Assembly: GCA_009914755.4 (NCBI GenBank)
Contig: CP068257.2
Coordinates: forward strand, 27,136,001 to 27,200,000
Direction of reading: 5' to 3'
DNA length: 64,000 nucleotides
Origin: the human T2T-CHM13v2.0 reference genome, Homo sapiens
A model generated the notes under the pieces. That model was given only the letters and a program-made list of their open reading frames with translations, was not told the origin of the DNA and ran no database searches. Shown here piece after piece: positions 27,650 to 45,674 of this stretch (within the stretch, counting starts at the first letter, position 1; the number at the start of each line of letters is the position of its first letter). A program made the translations under genes and the position numbers.

Positions 27650-27840
27650 AGTGTAACTGTAAATGCATGTACATATATATGCTTATACACATTATATATA
27701 AATGTATATATATCATATGTATGTTTTATGTGTATAGATGTATCTGTGTGTATGTAAATATATATTGTGCATGTGTATGCCTTTGTGTGTATATATCTGT
27801 AAATCTATATATATGTGTATATGTAGTGGAGGATTGTGAG
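27650..27840. repeat. TG/TA/CA-rich low-complexity tract
   Basis: 'gtacatatatatgcttatacacattatatataaatgtatatatatcatatgtatgttttatgtgtatagatgtatctgtgtgtatg...'. Source of the ORFs at 27560-27855. Confidence 0.7.
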
Positions 27841-28379
27841 ACCTCACAAGATTGATAAAGTATCAAACAATGCCTGTATTTTTTAAAAGGAGCTGTTTTT
27901 CAACATATAGAGAAATAATGTCAATTCCTGGATTAATACTCTTTTAGAAAAGGCCAATTTTCATTGATTTCAAGTAGCTCATGTTATTCAGTAACAATCT
28001 CAGCCTTCAAAAGTAGCCAAAAGAAAAGCAGAATAAATGGTCTCCTAAATAAAATGACCTGTGGGGCCCATCATTGACTAAGTAGCCTTTTTACTCATCT
28101 CATACAGCCTCTTCCTAATAAAAATGAAGCAGCATCGTGAGAACAGTAGGGAGAAAGGGTGAACAGACAGAGGTTTACGGGTCAGGACAGAGTACCAGGG
28201 TTAGGACAGATACCAGGAAAGAGGAAAAGAACACACTGTGGAAGAAACAGGGCACCAGCTTCACACTTGTGCCTCAGGCCAGCTTTGTCAAAGTGTCCTG
28301 AGTACATGAGGTATCCTCTAAACATTTATTAACCAAATGCACAGAGAGGCATGTTGACAGGGATTTAGCGTATGACAAA

Positions 28380-30030
<1,651 letters not shown>

Positions 30031-31618
30031 TCTTATGACTGATCAACAAAGGATTTGGAGTAGATGCTTGTTTATATCATTTATACACTAGATCATCTAC
30101 ATAAGTTGTGGGACTCTGAGAAAATTAAAATATGAGGTCTCTTGTTATAAACTTTTTAAGAACTTCAAGATGGCAGCAGCACAGCATTAAACCAATCACT
30201 GGGGCCCTTCTAAGAATGGGTCAGGCACCTGTGAAGTTAGCCCTGGTTGCACACAACTGTACTCATCAGAATATAAAATTCAGAATACTAATGTCATTCC
30301 CAAAGGGAAGCAACTGGCTTCTCAAAAACCCAGGCAGCAGAAGTCTTGGAAAAAATCATTTCCCTCGATTTCACATACACTTCATGTTCTGTTGGTTCCT
30401 AAGCAATTAACCTGAATATATACGGGTGCTGATCCCAAGGGATTAACATACACATCCTAAAACCTCAAGCTTTGGAGACTAACCATCTTCGATCACAAAT
30501 TTGTGATCATGCAAAATAATAGAATCTTAAGAAATGGCCTTTGTATACATAGTCAGTTTTTTGAAATAATAAGTTTTTATTTTACTGCACTCAATTAAAT
30601 TGTGAAACCCAAATAAAGTCTGGAGCCCAATGTGGTCCAATCTCAATCTACTGCTACAGTCAAAGAATCATAGCTTAGCAGCCAGAAAGTACTGAAAGAA
30701 ACTTCCAAGGTTTTCTTTTTCAGCTTCTTAAGAAAATGCCAAAGAAGGAAATATATTCTTAATGCCCAGAAAAACACATTTTAAATTCTCTCTCATCACT
30801 ACCTCTATTAGGCTCCTCCATAAAGCTATTAATAGTAGCTGCTTCCCAAAACTCTCTCCTCCCGTTTACACCCCACCTTCACCCACATAGATTTTCTGTT
30901 CCTTACCTCATTTCTTTCTACCTCTACTACTCTTCCCTCTTCTCACTTATTCAAATGTGAATCATCCATTTCTATTTCTTGGGTACCCCAATTAGAGTAA
31001 TTGTCTGAATTATAAGGGTTGGGTTAGGGGAGGCAGAACTTTAGAGCAATGCCAGAATTGTCTTTCATGGGCAAGAGAAGGGCAACGAGTTATGCATACT
31101 CACAAATAATTTCTGTCCTTGTTACAGTTGCAGTTATCAACACTGTACTGCTAACAGAATTTCTTCCAAAATGACTGTAGCATATTCCTCAGGAAATTCA
31201 TACTGACAATTGTTTTGGAATGAAGAAATGAAGCACAAGTACTCTATCAGTATCTAAAAAATGAAGCCAACATTCTAAATAATCTTGTTCAATTAACATA
31301 TGGTATTTATTAGCTTTATCTCCAAAAGATAAAGGCTATCTTCTTATGAAAAACCTTTTTCCCATCTCTTCTAGAATCAGGAAGTTCAGACAAATTTACT
31401 TGATTTTCTGTGCTGTTCCAACTAGCCCAAGAGTTACTATCTGTGACTTTGGTACTGCTTATGTTTATCTACCATTGCTCCATTACTTCAAAAAATGCAA
31501 AACAAGACTTGAACATTTTGTAATTCAAAATAAAGACAAGAACAGCCAGATTTTCTTTTTAGCTGTCAACAGAAAAATTCCAGCAATCAGTTTGAATATC
31601 TCATATAATTAAATGTTG

Positions 31619-31790
31619 AGGCCGGGCACAGTGGCTCACGCCTGTAATCTCAGCACTTTGGGAGGCTGAGGCAAGAGGATCGTTTGAGCCCAGGAGTTCA
31701 AGACCAGCCTGGGCAACATAGGGAGACCCCATCTCTACAAATAACTTAAAAATAAAATAAAATAATAAATAAATACACATTGAAATCATT
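31619..31790 (+). mobile_element. Truncated Alu or free left Alu monomer (FLAM-like) with A-rich tail
   Basis: 'gaggccgggcacagtggctcacgcctgtaatctcagcactttgggaggctgaggcaagaggatcgtttgagcccaggagttcaagaccagcctgggcaacatagggagaccccatctctacaaataacttaaaaataaaataaaataataaataaatac'. Confidence 0.8.
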
Positions 31791-32764
31791 TTTAAAGGTA
31801 ATACATATGACCCTAAAATGATCTACCCTGTGGTAAAGAGACAATGGCACTTGGTAGGCTGATGGATCATAAACCAAAATCCTATCCAAAAGCTTCATCA
31901 CTCAGAACACTTGATAATCTAACATTAGACGGGCCACATGGCATGTGCACATTTCTTTCATTCCTGCACACACAATATCAAAAGGGCTGGGAAGAAAAGC
32001 AGCATTCATTGAGTGACAATTACACTACATACCCTATTCTAGACACTTTGCATACTGTTTGTAATTCATGTTTCTCAAAGTACCCTGAGAGTTTCTTAAA
32101 TCTACAGAAACCTGGGTTGTCATTAAATATACAGCTTACCAGGCCCCACCCCTGAAAATTCTGATTCAGTTGGGCTAGATTGGGGCCCAGGAATCTGTGT
32201 TTTAACAAAATGTACTCTTCATTGCAATGTTGTAAAATTATTTTCCTTGTTTCTGTCTTGCAGAAGCAAGGCAACTGTGAGAATTAAACAATTTATCAGG
32301 GCACCCAGATGACACAGGGAGAGCTGGATATTCAATCTCAAGTAGGTTGGCTATAAAGCCGACTTTATCACTGGGCCATGCCAAATCCCAGTAAAACTCC
32401 ATTTGCACTCTGACTGAAATAGTGGCTTCAGTTCCCCATCTATAGCAGTTCTAGCTTCTCACTGCCTGTTTTCCCTCCCACCACCCGCCCATAAAATCCA
32501 GCACTGTATAGGCTCTTGAATTATATTATTGGTTATTATATGATAAAATTTTGCATTGCAACTTGAGCAGGAAGACAAACTAATGAGAATCACATCCTAT
32601 TTTCTAATTGTCTCAAACCATACCTCTATAAAGTAAAAAGAGTTGATTGAAACCAAAATGTTTGGGAATTACAACAAGCTATTCCTAATCGACACAACTT
32701 GTCAGAAATTTGGAGGCTGCCGTCAGCTCAGTAGCTTCTCAAACAAAGCAGTATCAGAGTATGT

Positions 32765-33025
32765 TTTGAGTCCCTGATTCTTTCAACTGGGTAGATGCTT
32801 CTGTACGACTTTACATTGTTTTATTTAAAAGCTGTGCTTTTTTTTTCTCCGAAACTAGTGTATTTATAGGTGCTACATGCTTTAAAAGTCTCTGACTTTG
32901 AATCCCTGATTCTTTCGGCTGGGTAGATGCTTCTGTACGACTTTACATTGTTTTATTTAAAAGTTCTGCTTTCTTTTCTCTGAAACTAATGTATTTATAG
33001 GTGCTACATGTTTTAAAAGTCTACA
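32765..33025. repeat. Local tandem duplication, 2 x ~130 bp, in otherwise unique DNA
   Basis: '...tccctgattctttcaactgggtagatgcttctgtacgactttacattgttttatttaaaagctgtgctttttttttctccgaaactagtgtatttataggtgctacatgctttaaaagtct' is followed by a near-identical second copy, 'tccctgattctttcggctgggtagatgcttctgtacgactttacattgttttatttaaaagttctgctttcttttctctgaaactaatgtatttataggtgctacatgttttaaaagtct'. Confidence 0.85.
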
Positions 33026-33617
33026 ACTGTGAAAAATGATGTAACACTGAAACAAGCAAAACCTTGAAGGAAAGTTGAAATTGAGATTGTCCAAAAACTC
33101 AGCCAGTACATAGTGTTTCCGCCTACTCTGATTTTTCAGCAGTTTTGTGATTTCTTTTCCCTTGTTTGTTTTTGAGTACACTCATCAGTATGTCCCATGG
33201 CATAGTGTCTGTTTTCCAAAAATCCAGAAACATGAGTCAGCTGTTCAACTATTATATACAAATTTGGTAAAGTACCGTATTCATGGAATCTGAGTGTGTT
33301 TTCCAGGAATTACGTCTCCAGTGCCCCCACATGACTGCCTGATCAGCCTGTGATGCCTCTGAAGTGTTCTGCACCTACTTTCTAAGGGAAATGTTGTCAC
33401 GACAGATAATTATGGAATTGTGGGCTTTTAGTTATTCAGAATAAATCTACAAGGCAATAGTTTAATGAATTTAATATGCTGGTTCATGTAAAATGTCATA
33501 TGCCATATGTAACATGACTGTAACTTAAGGATATTCTTTTAACTCAGTAAACTTGGTAGAAAATCCTTGTATGAACCTGATACGGATTAAACTGTGCTCT
33601 CTCAAAAAAAATATGTT

Positions 33618-34142
33618 GAAATCCTAACCTCCAGTAACTCAGAATGCCACCTTATTTAGAAATAGGGTAATTATAGATGAAATTAGTTAAGATGAGGTCA
33701 TGAATGAATTCTAATCCAATATGACTGGTGGACTTGTAAAAAGGAGGTATTGGGCAGTCCCACAGAGGCTGGACTGCCTGGCTGGTGCATCTTTCCTGGT
33801 CTGCAAAAGACAAGAAAATAAAATTAAAAAGGGAAAATGGGACAGACATAGACATGCAGAGAGAAAAGGTTATGTGAAGAGACATCCAGGGAGAAGATGG
33901 ACGAATGAAAATGGAAGAAGAGATTCAAATTATGCTGCCACGCACCAAAGAATGCCTGGGTTCACCAAAAGCTAGGAAAGGACAAGGAAGGATGCTACCC
34001 AGATGCTTCAGAGTGACCATGGCCTTACTAACCCCTTGATTTCAGACCTCTAGCCTCCATAACTGTGAGACTAAATTTCTGCTGTTCTTAAGCAACTCAG
34101 TTTGTGGCACTTCTTTATGGCAGCTCTAGGAAACAAATATAG
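33618..34142 (+). mobile_element. Old MaLR/MLT1-like LTR fragment (copy 3 of 4)
   Basis: 'atcctaacctccagtaactcagaatgccaccttatttagaaatagggtaattatagatgaaattagttaagatgaggtcatgaatg...ctaatccaatatgactggtggacttgtaaaaaggagg...cctccataactgtgagactaaatttctgctgttcttaagcaactcagtttgtggcacttctttatggcagctctaggaaacaaatatag'. Confidence 0.6.
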
Positions 34143-35619
34143 AGCCCTTGAAGGTACTTTCAGCTGGAAAATGTCAGAGGCAGGCACAACTAAACTGAGG
34201 TTCCTGCTTAAGTGAATTTATTCAGCACAGGACTTTAAATGCCATTTATATCATATGACTTCCAAAGGTATTATCTACCATCATTACCACTTCCCGAGCT
34301 CCAGAATCAAATCTGCAACCACCCGATGGGTAGCTTCTCTTGCCTAATAGCATCTGAAAATTAGCACAACCAAAGCAGGACTTTGAATTCATTGCCTGCC
34401 CATACTTCCCCTAGTCTACTGCATCTAAGTAAAGACATCACCATCTACTAAGTTATTTAAAGAAAAACCCGGGAGTCATCCTAATTCCTTCCTGCCTACC
34501 CACCATATCCAATCCATCTGTGTGTCCTCTAAATTCTACGTCCAGGTCAGTTTCCTGGGAGACACATTCTGAGGTGGAGATTAGCATGCAGAATTGTTAT
34601 CAGGGATTGCCCTCAGAATCAACATCCACAGACAGAGGGAGAAGCTGAACTGCAATGCAGTCACCATAGGGACCTCAGTTCATCCTACAAAGAACTCTGG
34701 AGCTGTGAGGGCCCCTATCTTGAGTCATCTTTACCCCCACTCCACTGACCAGTTAGTGAGTGCAGGTCATCCCTGATAAGGGAATGTGGCCTTGGCTGAC
34801 ATGGTTCTTTTTGGCAGAGAGCAATTCCTGGAGAGAGTCCTTAGTGGAGAGCCATCAGCCTCCAAATTTTTCAACAGCTAAGGTAATAAGTACCTTGGTT
34901 CAGAAAAAAGATCTGGATGGCATACCACAGCATCTGCTATACTAGAAGAGAAAGAAGAAATATCCTGACCAGCTAAATCCTGTAAAACTAAATACCTGTG
35001 AAAATTCAGGAAAACTAATGATTAATTTTTTTCCCATCCATCCCCTCCATTTTCCCACTCAGCCAGTCTTTCTGTGTTCTTAATTACAGGAGGTGATGTG
35101 AAAGAGTCTTCTAGAATGAATTTCCATCAGCTGGGTCTTTCTGGGATGCTAAGAAAAGTTTAGGTTTATAAAGAATGTTTGAGAGAAACAGAGAGCTAGA
35201 GCAAGTGCCTCCCCCAAAACCTTGAAACAAGATTGCCCCCAAGATGAAGAGAGAGGAGACACAAGGAAGATGATGACAGCAGAGAAGTCATGGGCCCCAA
35301 CAAAAGGGCAGAATCTAAATTGGGCTGCATGGACAGGGACAAGGGCAAACATCTCAACAAAAACTCCCATGAGGAGTACTGTTCCAGTGATGTTTGATTT
35401 TCAAACTCATTTCAGGACCACATTACCTTGCTTGCTCCAACTTTATAGTAAGTCTTGAAGTCAGGTAATGTAATGTAATTCATCCAACTTTCTTCTTCTT
35501 TTCCAATATTTTTGAAATGTTCTAGATCCCTTGCATTTCCATATATTTTTTAATTCCTTTGTCAAATTCTACCCTTCCAAAAAAAAAAAAAAAGCCTACT
35601 GGAAACATGACGAGGATTG

Positions 35620-35960
35620 CATTGAATCAGTAGATCAATTTGATGAGAAATAACATCTCAACAATATTGAATGTTTCAATCCATGAACATGGTATATCTC
35701 CTTTTATTTGGGTCTTGTTTAATTTCCCTTGGCATTGCTTTGTGGTTTTCAGTGTAGAGAGCTTATATATTTATTTATAAATACATTATATCTTTATGTT
35801 ATTATAAATGCAGTTGTTTTTATTTCATTTTTCAATTATGTACTGCTAGTATATGAAATAAAATTGATCTTTTACATTAACCTTGTATACCGTGATTTTG
35901 CTAAATTCACTTATGAGTTCTAGTGGTTGTAGAACTCTTAGAACTATTTATGTAAACAAC
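35620..35960 (-). mobile_element. L1 fragment, minus orientation (diverged)
   Basis: 'caacaatattgaatgtttcaatccatgaacatggtatatctccttttatttgggtcttgtttaatttcccttggcattgctttgtggttttcagtgtagagagc' matches the reverse strand of L1 ('...aatattaagtcttccaatccatgaacatgggatgtctttccatttatttaggtcttctttaatttctttcagcaatgttttgtagttttcagtgtacaagtc'). Confidence 0.55.
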
Positions 35961-38268
35961 CATGTCATTTGCTAATAAAGACAATTTTACTTTTTCCTGT
36001 CTGCTCTTTATATTAGTATTTAACAAAATGCATTTCAACTTATTCAAATTTAATAGTTTTAATTAAGAGAATGGTATTATTAATGTTCATCAAGATAACT
36101 CATTTTTCAAAGCACTCAAGAACAACAGATTAAAACTGTCATTTCAGTCATCAAATTTTACTTTTGCTAGTTTGTGCAAAAAGAGTGGCAATAAAGCAAA
36201 ATAAAATTTTGTCTTTAATGAATTGTGCTAGAGAAATTCACAATTGCTCTATAGAGGTGACATATTCATCATAATTTCAAATAATGAGAGGGATTGCTGA
36301 TTAGTAGTATAAACTGAAGAAAACTTTTGGAGATCAAGATATCTAAGCTAGCCTTTGAAGAAAGTTTAGACAGTCAAATTAGTGGTAGGAAAGATAAGAG
36401 GCATAAAGTAAGCAAAGGTAGAGGGAGAAATTAACAAAACAAGTTCCAAATATAGAGGCAGAGAACAAATCATATTGTTATGTATCAGTAACATAATAAC
36501 AGAAGGTCTCAAATGATCGGCTACTGAGTTTGGATTTTATGGTCTACTTATGTAAAGGTTTTTAAGTAGTGAAGAATTACAAGAGGAAATCTTCCAACTA
36601 GACCATAGCCAAAGAAAGGTTGAGCTCTGAGAGGAGATAATATGTATAAATACTTGTACAGCTAACAGTTCATGTAAGAGCTGAACAGTTTTCCCATATC
36701 AGTGTTTTTGCAAAGCCAAATAAATAATTAATGTTCTTGAGGACAGGCTACTAACTTCATTTAAAATGCAACAGCTGGAAGTTCCCATGTCTAATCCTAT
36801 AAGAATGGCTTAATATAAGGCTGATACATAGTTAACATTCAGAAATGAGGAAGCAATTTCTGCTATGTGGATGAAATGTTCCAAGATAAAAAAAATCTTG
36901 AATTCTAATGCTTTTTAAAATGCTTTGATATATAGTGCTAAAAACTCACAATAAATATATTAATTACAGAGTAGAATTCATAGACAGTTGTATCTATCTT
37001 GATGCCATCCAAAGGGAGTATCACCTTTAAAATACACAAGGAAATGCTTCAAGGAATGAGTAGCAGTTGATCCAAACCTTGTAAGGTTATCCATTTCTGG
37101 GCACAAATTTCCTTGTATTCTCTCACTGCCTTACTCTGCTATATAATGTCATGGTCTACAAGGCTATTGAAATAGTATAAAACAAAACCATACTAGTCTG
37201 AATGCCTGGAGCCTCCATGGCCATGGAGTATCCGTAGATTCCCTCAGCCCAGTGCTAATACACTGCTCTACCAGAAATGTGCTTCTCTCCATTAAGCAGT
37301 ATCCATGTCTTCAGCTCTTGGGGAAACTATCTCTGGTACAGTGCTAGATTAGGTCCCCCCAATAGGACACAAATTTTTCCCACCCATTCAAGAAGCAGTC
37401 ATTTCCATTTGGTCACTCAGCTTTCCATCAGGAAAACTGAAGCCACTCTAGGTATTTCAACCAGTAATAATTTAATAGACGGACTCAGGGACTTACAAAA
37501 CTGTTAAAAAGACTGAGAGAGCAACAGTCATGGAAGCTTTCATTTACAGTCAATAAATCAAAAAGGGCATGAATTTAAAGAAATATCCGCTAGTACCAGA
37601 GGGGCTGACTCTCAGGAGCTCACCCAGCAACCATTTGCAAACCTCACTTCTGTCACCTGCCTGCTGGTGCAACTAAAGATCAGAGGCCCTCCTTTTCTGT
37701 TTTTCCACATTCACATATGTGCCTCACATTGGGATAATCTAAACTGGATCTTGCTGATGAGGTAAACTGGGAATGTAATTTTTAGCATTCCAGCCCTACA
37801 ATGTAGGGTGGGACTTAGACGGGCAAGGATATTGCTGAAAACTAATAGACAATATCGAGCACATCTTTCTTTACCTCATAACCCATAGCCAAAACCACTC
37901 CCCAAAAATACTCATTCTTCCACAGTATTCTCACTGTGGTGATTTCCCTTCAGAGGCGCAGTTCAGTCTTCTTTCTTTTGCATTCTGTGTTCTGCCAGTC
38001 CTTCTTATAAGCATGTCTGCTCCCCAATGGAAACCAGCATCCTCTACATCTGATCTTCCAAAGGGCTACTTTTCCAGAGTTTGAATAACAAGTGTATGCA
38101 TTATTGCAGGTTCAAAGATGGAGAAGGAATCATGTGGCGAGACTTTCACTAAGCCAAAGATTAAGTCCCTAACATGAAAAGGCTAAGTTGTGCAATACAC
38201 ACTGAACAGTGTTTCAGTGAACCAGCCTATGCACAGAAAACCAACTATGTACAGAAAATCCAGACATA

Positions 38269-38662
38269 GGCCAGGCACAATGGCTCATGCCTGTAATCCC
38301 AGCACTTTAGGAGGCCAAGGCAGGAGGATTTCTTGAGACCAGGAATTCAAGATTAGCCAACAAATTGAGATCTCATCTCTAAAGAGAGAAAGAGGGAAAG
38401 AGATAAACAGAGAAAGAGGAAAGAAAGAAAGAAAGAAAGAGAAAGAAAGAAAAGAAAAGAAGAAAGGGAAGGGAAGGGGAGGGGAGGGGAGGAAGGAAGG
38501 AAGGAGAAAGAAAGGAAGGAAGGAAGGGAGGGAGGAAGGAAGGAAAGGAAGGAAGGAAGGAGAAACAGAGAAGGAAGGAAGGAAGGAAGGAAGGAGGGAG
38601 AGAGGGACGGACGCAGGGAGGGAGGGAGGGAGAGGGAGGGAAAGAAAGAAAAGAAAGAAAGC
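38269..38662 (+). repeat. Truncated Alu (left monomer) whose A-rich region expanded into a ~280-bp purine-only (GAAA/GGAA/GGGA)n tract
   Basis: 'ggccaggcacaatggctcatgcctgtaatcccagcactttaggaggccaaggcaggaggatttcttgagaccaggaattcaagattagcc' followed by 'agagaaagagggaaagagataaacagagaaagaggaaagaaagaaagaaag...gggaaggggaggggaggggaggaaggaaggaagg...agggagggagggagggagagggagggaaagaaag'. The 158-aa and 120-aa ORFs here are the pyrimidine-strand readout. Confidence 0.85.
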
Positions 38663-39389
38663 CAAGAAGGCTGATATATATTTAACATTCTTATTATGAA
38701 TAATAATCTTAACATTCATATTTAACATACTTTGGCATATTCCAACCCAAAGAGAATCCACAGAGCAGATAGATTTGGGAGTAGCTTATCCTCACTATTC
38801 CCACTCATCCTCCCCTACCCTTTGAACGTACCAGCTTTACAATAATTCTGTATGTGTCTGAATATTCATGTGTCTGACTCTCTCACTAGGTTGTAGGTAC
38901 TTTGCTAAGCTTTGTATCTTTGCTACATAATATGATGCCAATTATATAGCAGGATTTCCATGAATAAATGGAACGGTAAGATGGAGCTTGAAAAGTTTTC
39001 CACCACATCTCCAACTGGTTGCTTAATGTTCCTGTGAATATATTGCTTAGCCATTCAGACACCACATATCTAAAATAAAATTCATCCGTTCTTTAAAACT
39101 TTCTTCCCTTAAGGGGTTAGTAGTGGTTTTTAACAATGTGGTTCATCAGAAAGGTGGAAAAATCCTAAGGTCCAGATGTGTTATGGATCCACGTGACTAT
39201 TGAAAACATTTAGGAAGAGATGTGGAGATAAAAACAGTAGAAGTAAATATTTTTAGGAAGATAGAAACGAAAATTGCTGGGCATTAGCTAGCAAGTATTT
39301 GTGGTCTAGCCAGAAGTATTAATGGCATTTTTAAAGTATTTGAATATCTGATGCTATTGAATGATAGTATAATGGCATTCCCAGAGTTA

Positions 39390-42568
<3,179 letters not shown>

Positions 42569-43059
42569 ATAGGGAAGGGTCTGAAGGCAGCCTTGAAGAT
42601 GCTAAGCTGGTTAGTCTCTCCCACATCCTACTAAACAGCTGCCAGGAAAAAATGGCAATTGGAGTAAAGCACCAATATCAGCTCCATGGCCCCCAAAACA
42701 CAGTGGTGTCCAGGTAAAAACTGACCCAGGGAGGAACAGGGTGCCACCTTACATAGCACCTTTCACCAACAGGACATTCCATGCCTCCAACACATTCACT
42801 GAAGGACAGCTACAGTTATCACAATCAGCATCTTCAAGCAGGTGACAAAGACAAAGATGAGCAAAACAAAAATGAAAATTACCAAATATTTGAGTAAAAG
42901 CAACAGCATCAAAAAATGGCACCAAGTCCAACCAACTAAATAACTAACATCTGAGAAAACAGAATTCATAGAAGAATTGAGGGAGGAAGGTCTTTACAGT
43001 AAACCATACATATAGTTGTTATGGACTGCATTATTATGGCCCCCTGAATTTATATATTG

Positions 43060-43402
43060 AAGCTGTAACCCCTAGTACCTCAAAAATGTGATTGTATTTT
43101 GAAATGGGGCCTTTAAAGAGGTTAAGTAAGGTAAAATGAGGCTGTTAGTGTGGGCTGTAACACAATCTGAATGAAGATTAGGGCACACAAAGAGACACCA
43201 GACAAGTGCACACCCAGAGGGAAGATCAAGTGAAGAGGCAGCAAGAGATGGCATCTGAAGACAAGAAGAGAGGCCTCAGAGGAAATTAACTGTGCTGGCA
43301 CCTTGATCTTGGGCTTCCAGCCTTCTGAACTGTGAGAAAATAAATTTCTGTTATTTCAGCCACCCAGCCTGTGATACTTTGTTCCTAGCAAACTAATACA
43401 AT
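43060..43402 (+). mobile_element. Old MaLR/MLT1-like LTR fragment (copy 4 of 4)
   Basis: 'ctgtaacccctagtacctcaaaaatgtgattgtattttgaaatggggcctttaaagaggttaagtaaggtaaaatgagg...cttgatcttgggcttccagccttctgaactgtgagaaaataaatttctgttatttcagccacccagcctgtgatactttgttcctagcaaactaatacaa'. Confidence 0.6.
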
Positions 43403-43557
43403 AGTGATATTCTCAGAAAGAAGTCATGAGAATATTAACTACCAGGAAAAACAAACTAAATAGTTTGGAAATTTAGAATGTCAGTGTTAAAATTAATTTG
43501 TGTCAAGATCTATATCCCAGGGAAATAAAAAATAATAATTTTTTAAAAGTTATCCAG

Positions 43558-43850
43558 CTGGGCACAGTGGCTCATGCCTGTAATCCCAGAACTTTGAAAG
43601 GCTGAAGTTGGAAGATCATTTGAAGCCAGAAATTCAAGAGCAGCCTGGGCCACAAAGCAAGACACTGTCTCTACAAAAAATAAAAATGAAAATGAAAAAT
43701 TACCCAGGCATGGTGGCATACGCTTGTAGTCCCAGCTGCTTGGGAGGCTGAGACAGTAGGATCGCTTGAGCCCAGGAGTTGGAGCCCGCACTGAAATATA
43801 AGCACACCACTGCACTACAGCCTAAGAGTCAGAGTGAGCCCTGTCTCTTA
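43558..43850 (+). mobile_element. Alu SINE (old, AluJ-like)
   Basis: 'ccagctgggcacagtggctcatgcctgtaatcccagaactttgaaaggctgaagttggaagatcatttgaagccagaaattcaagagcagcctgggccacaaagcaagacactgtctctacaaaaaataaaaatg...cccaggcatggtggcatacgcttgtagtcccagctgcttgggaggctgagacagtaggatcgcttgagcccaggagttggag...' Diverged, with CpGs decayed. Confidence 0.9.
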
Positions 43851-45150
43851 AAAAAATTAAAATTTACCTAAGAGAAGAGATACAGCTGAAGAATGAATTA
43901 GTGAGCTGGGAGATCAAGCTAAGCAATTCTCCTAAAATGCTGCGCAAAGAAAAGTGAAGAAAGCACGAAGGAAGAGCTAGAAGGCATGAACGGTGCATCC
44001 AGGAGCTTCAGCAGCTGCCTGGTAAGTGCTCCAGACTGAAAGCAGAGAAAATAGAAGACATGAGATGATAACTTAGAAGTCACTGAAGAAATTTCCTCAG
44101 AGCTGAAGAAACACATGAATCTTTTCATTCAAATGGACCATTATATGTCATGCAGAGTGAATAAAAGAAGCACAGTAAAACACATCCACGTGAAACTTCA
44201 AAATCCAGTGAAAAAGAAAATGCTAAACACTTCCAGTTGGGCAGGGGGTGGGGTGGCAATTATAAACTGATGAATGAAAATTAGATTACTGTCTGTAATC
44301 ACAACAGCAACACTGGGTGCTAAGAAATGTTGGAATATTATATTCAAAATTCTCAAGAAAAATTCACATTGAACCTAGAATCCCATTTCCAGCCCAATTT
44401 CAAACACAAAATAAAGACATTTTCAGATATGCAAGGACTCAGAAAGCTTATTTGTTTACCCTTTCTGAAATAGTTTCTCAAGGATGTATTCCAAAAAAAT
44501 TAAAGATAATGTATAATGAAGAGGAAGATATAGAATACAATAAATTGTAGAAAACAAAGAAAAAAGTAGCTATTTCAAAAGTTATTGATGTATTATTTTT
44601 ATTTAATTACCTTTTATAAACAAAATTACAAGTGATCTCTCCATGATAGGTGTAGGGTTGGGCAAAGAGGACAAAAATGGGAACACTCTTCTCTTATTTG
44701 GGGATCCTGTTTACTAACTCTAGATTTCAACTGAAAAACATAAGCTTAAGTATTCATTTTTGAGAAATATATACACTTTGAAAGTCACTAAGAAAGGAAG
44801 ATGAAGGATTTCCTTGAGAGTAGTAATTATACCATGTAACTGCTAATAAATGTCTGATGGAGTGAAGAAAATTTGTCTATAAAAGTAGCAGGGAACACTG
44901 ACCCTTCTCAATTGTGCCTTCTATCCCTTGGCCATTAGTGTTGGGAGACAGTGCAGTAATCAAAAACACAGATGGGGCTCAGGTCCCAGCTTCCCATTCA
45001 CTAGCTGTATGTCCTTACTCATGACAGTTACTATCTCGGAGCTCTGGTGTGTCCATTGTTAAAATGGAATTAATAAAATCTTGTAAAATTGCCATGTAGA
45101 TAAATAAGTCAACCCTCCCTTGGTGACCAACCATCTGCACATACAGATAG

Positions 45151-45674
45151 TGTGATGGTTAATACTGAGTGTCAACTTAACAGGATTGAAGCATGCAAAG
45201 TATTGTTCCTAGGTGTGTCTGTGAGGGTGTTGCCAAAGGAGATTAACATTTGAGTCAGTAGACTTGGGAAAGGGAGATCCACCCTCAATCTGGGTGAGCA
45301 CAATCTAATCAGCAGCCATGTGACCAGAATAAAAAGCAGGCAGAAGAACGTGAAAGGACTAGACTGGCTGAGTCTTCTGGTCTCCATCTTTCTCCCGTGC
45401 TGGATGCTTCTTACCCTCAAACATGGAACTCCAAGTTTTTCCGCTTTGGGACTCTTGGACCTTTGACCACAGACTGAAGGCTGCACTGTTGGCTTCCCTA
45501 CTTTTGAGGTTTTGGGACTTGGACTAGCTTCCTTGCTCCTCAGCTTGCAGATGGCCTATTGTGGGACCTCACCTTATGATTGTGTAAGTTAACACTCATT
45601 AATAAACTCATATATATATGTATATATGTATAACCTATTAGTTCTGTCCCTCTAGAGAACCCTGACTAATACAG
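45151..45674 (+). mobile_element. ERVL-MaLR-type LTR (MLT/MST-like), plus orientation, with internal (TA/TG)n
   Basis: 'tgtgatggttaatactgagtgtcaacttaacaggattgaagcatgcaaag...gtgttgccaaaggagattaacatttgagtcagtagacttgggaaagggagatccaccctcaatctgggtgagcacaatctaatcagcagccatgtgaccagaataaaaagcaggcagaagaacgtgaaagg...cctattgtgggacctcaccttatgattgtgtaagttaacactcattaataaactc...cctattagttctgtccctctagagaaccctgactaatacag'. Same family as the minus copy at 3655-4204. Confidence 0.6.

Noticed and set aside
38285-38761. Longest ORF in the window (158 aa, minus strand), rich in 'LPSFLPS'
   Set aside because: Reads through the pyrimidine strand of the GA-rich simple repeat. Low-complexity artefact.
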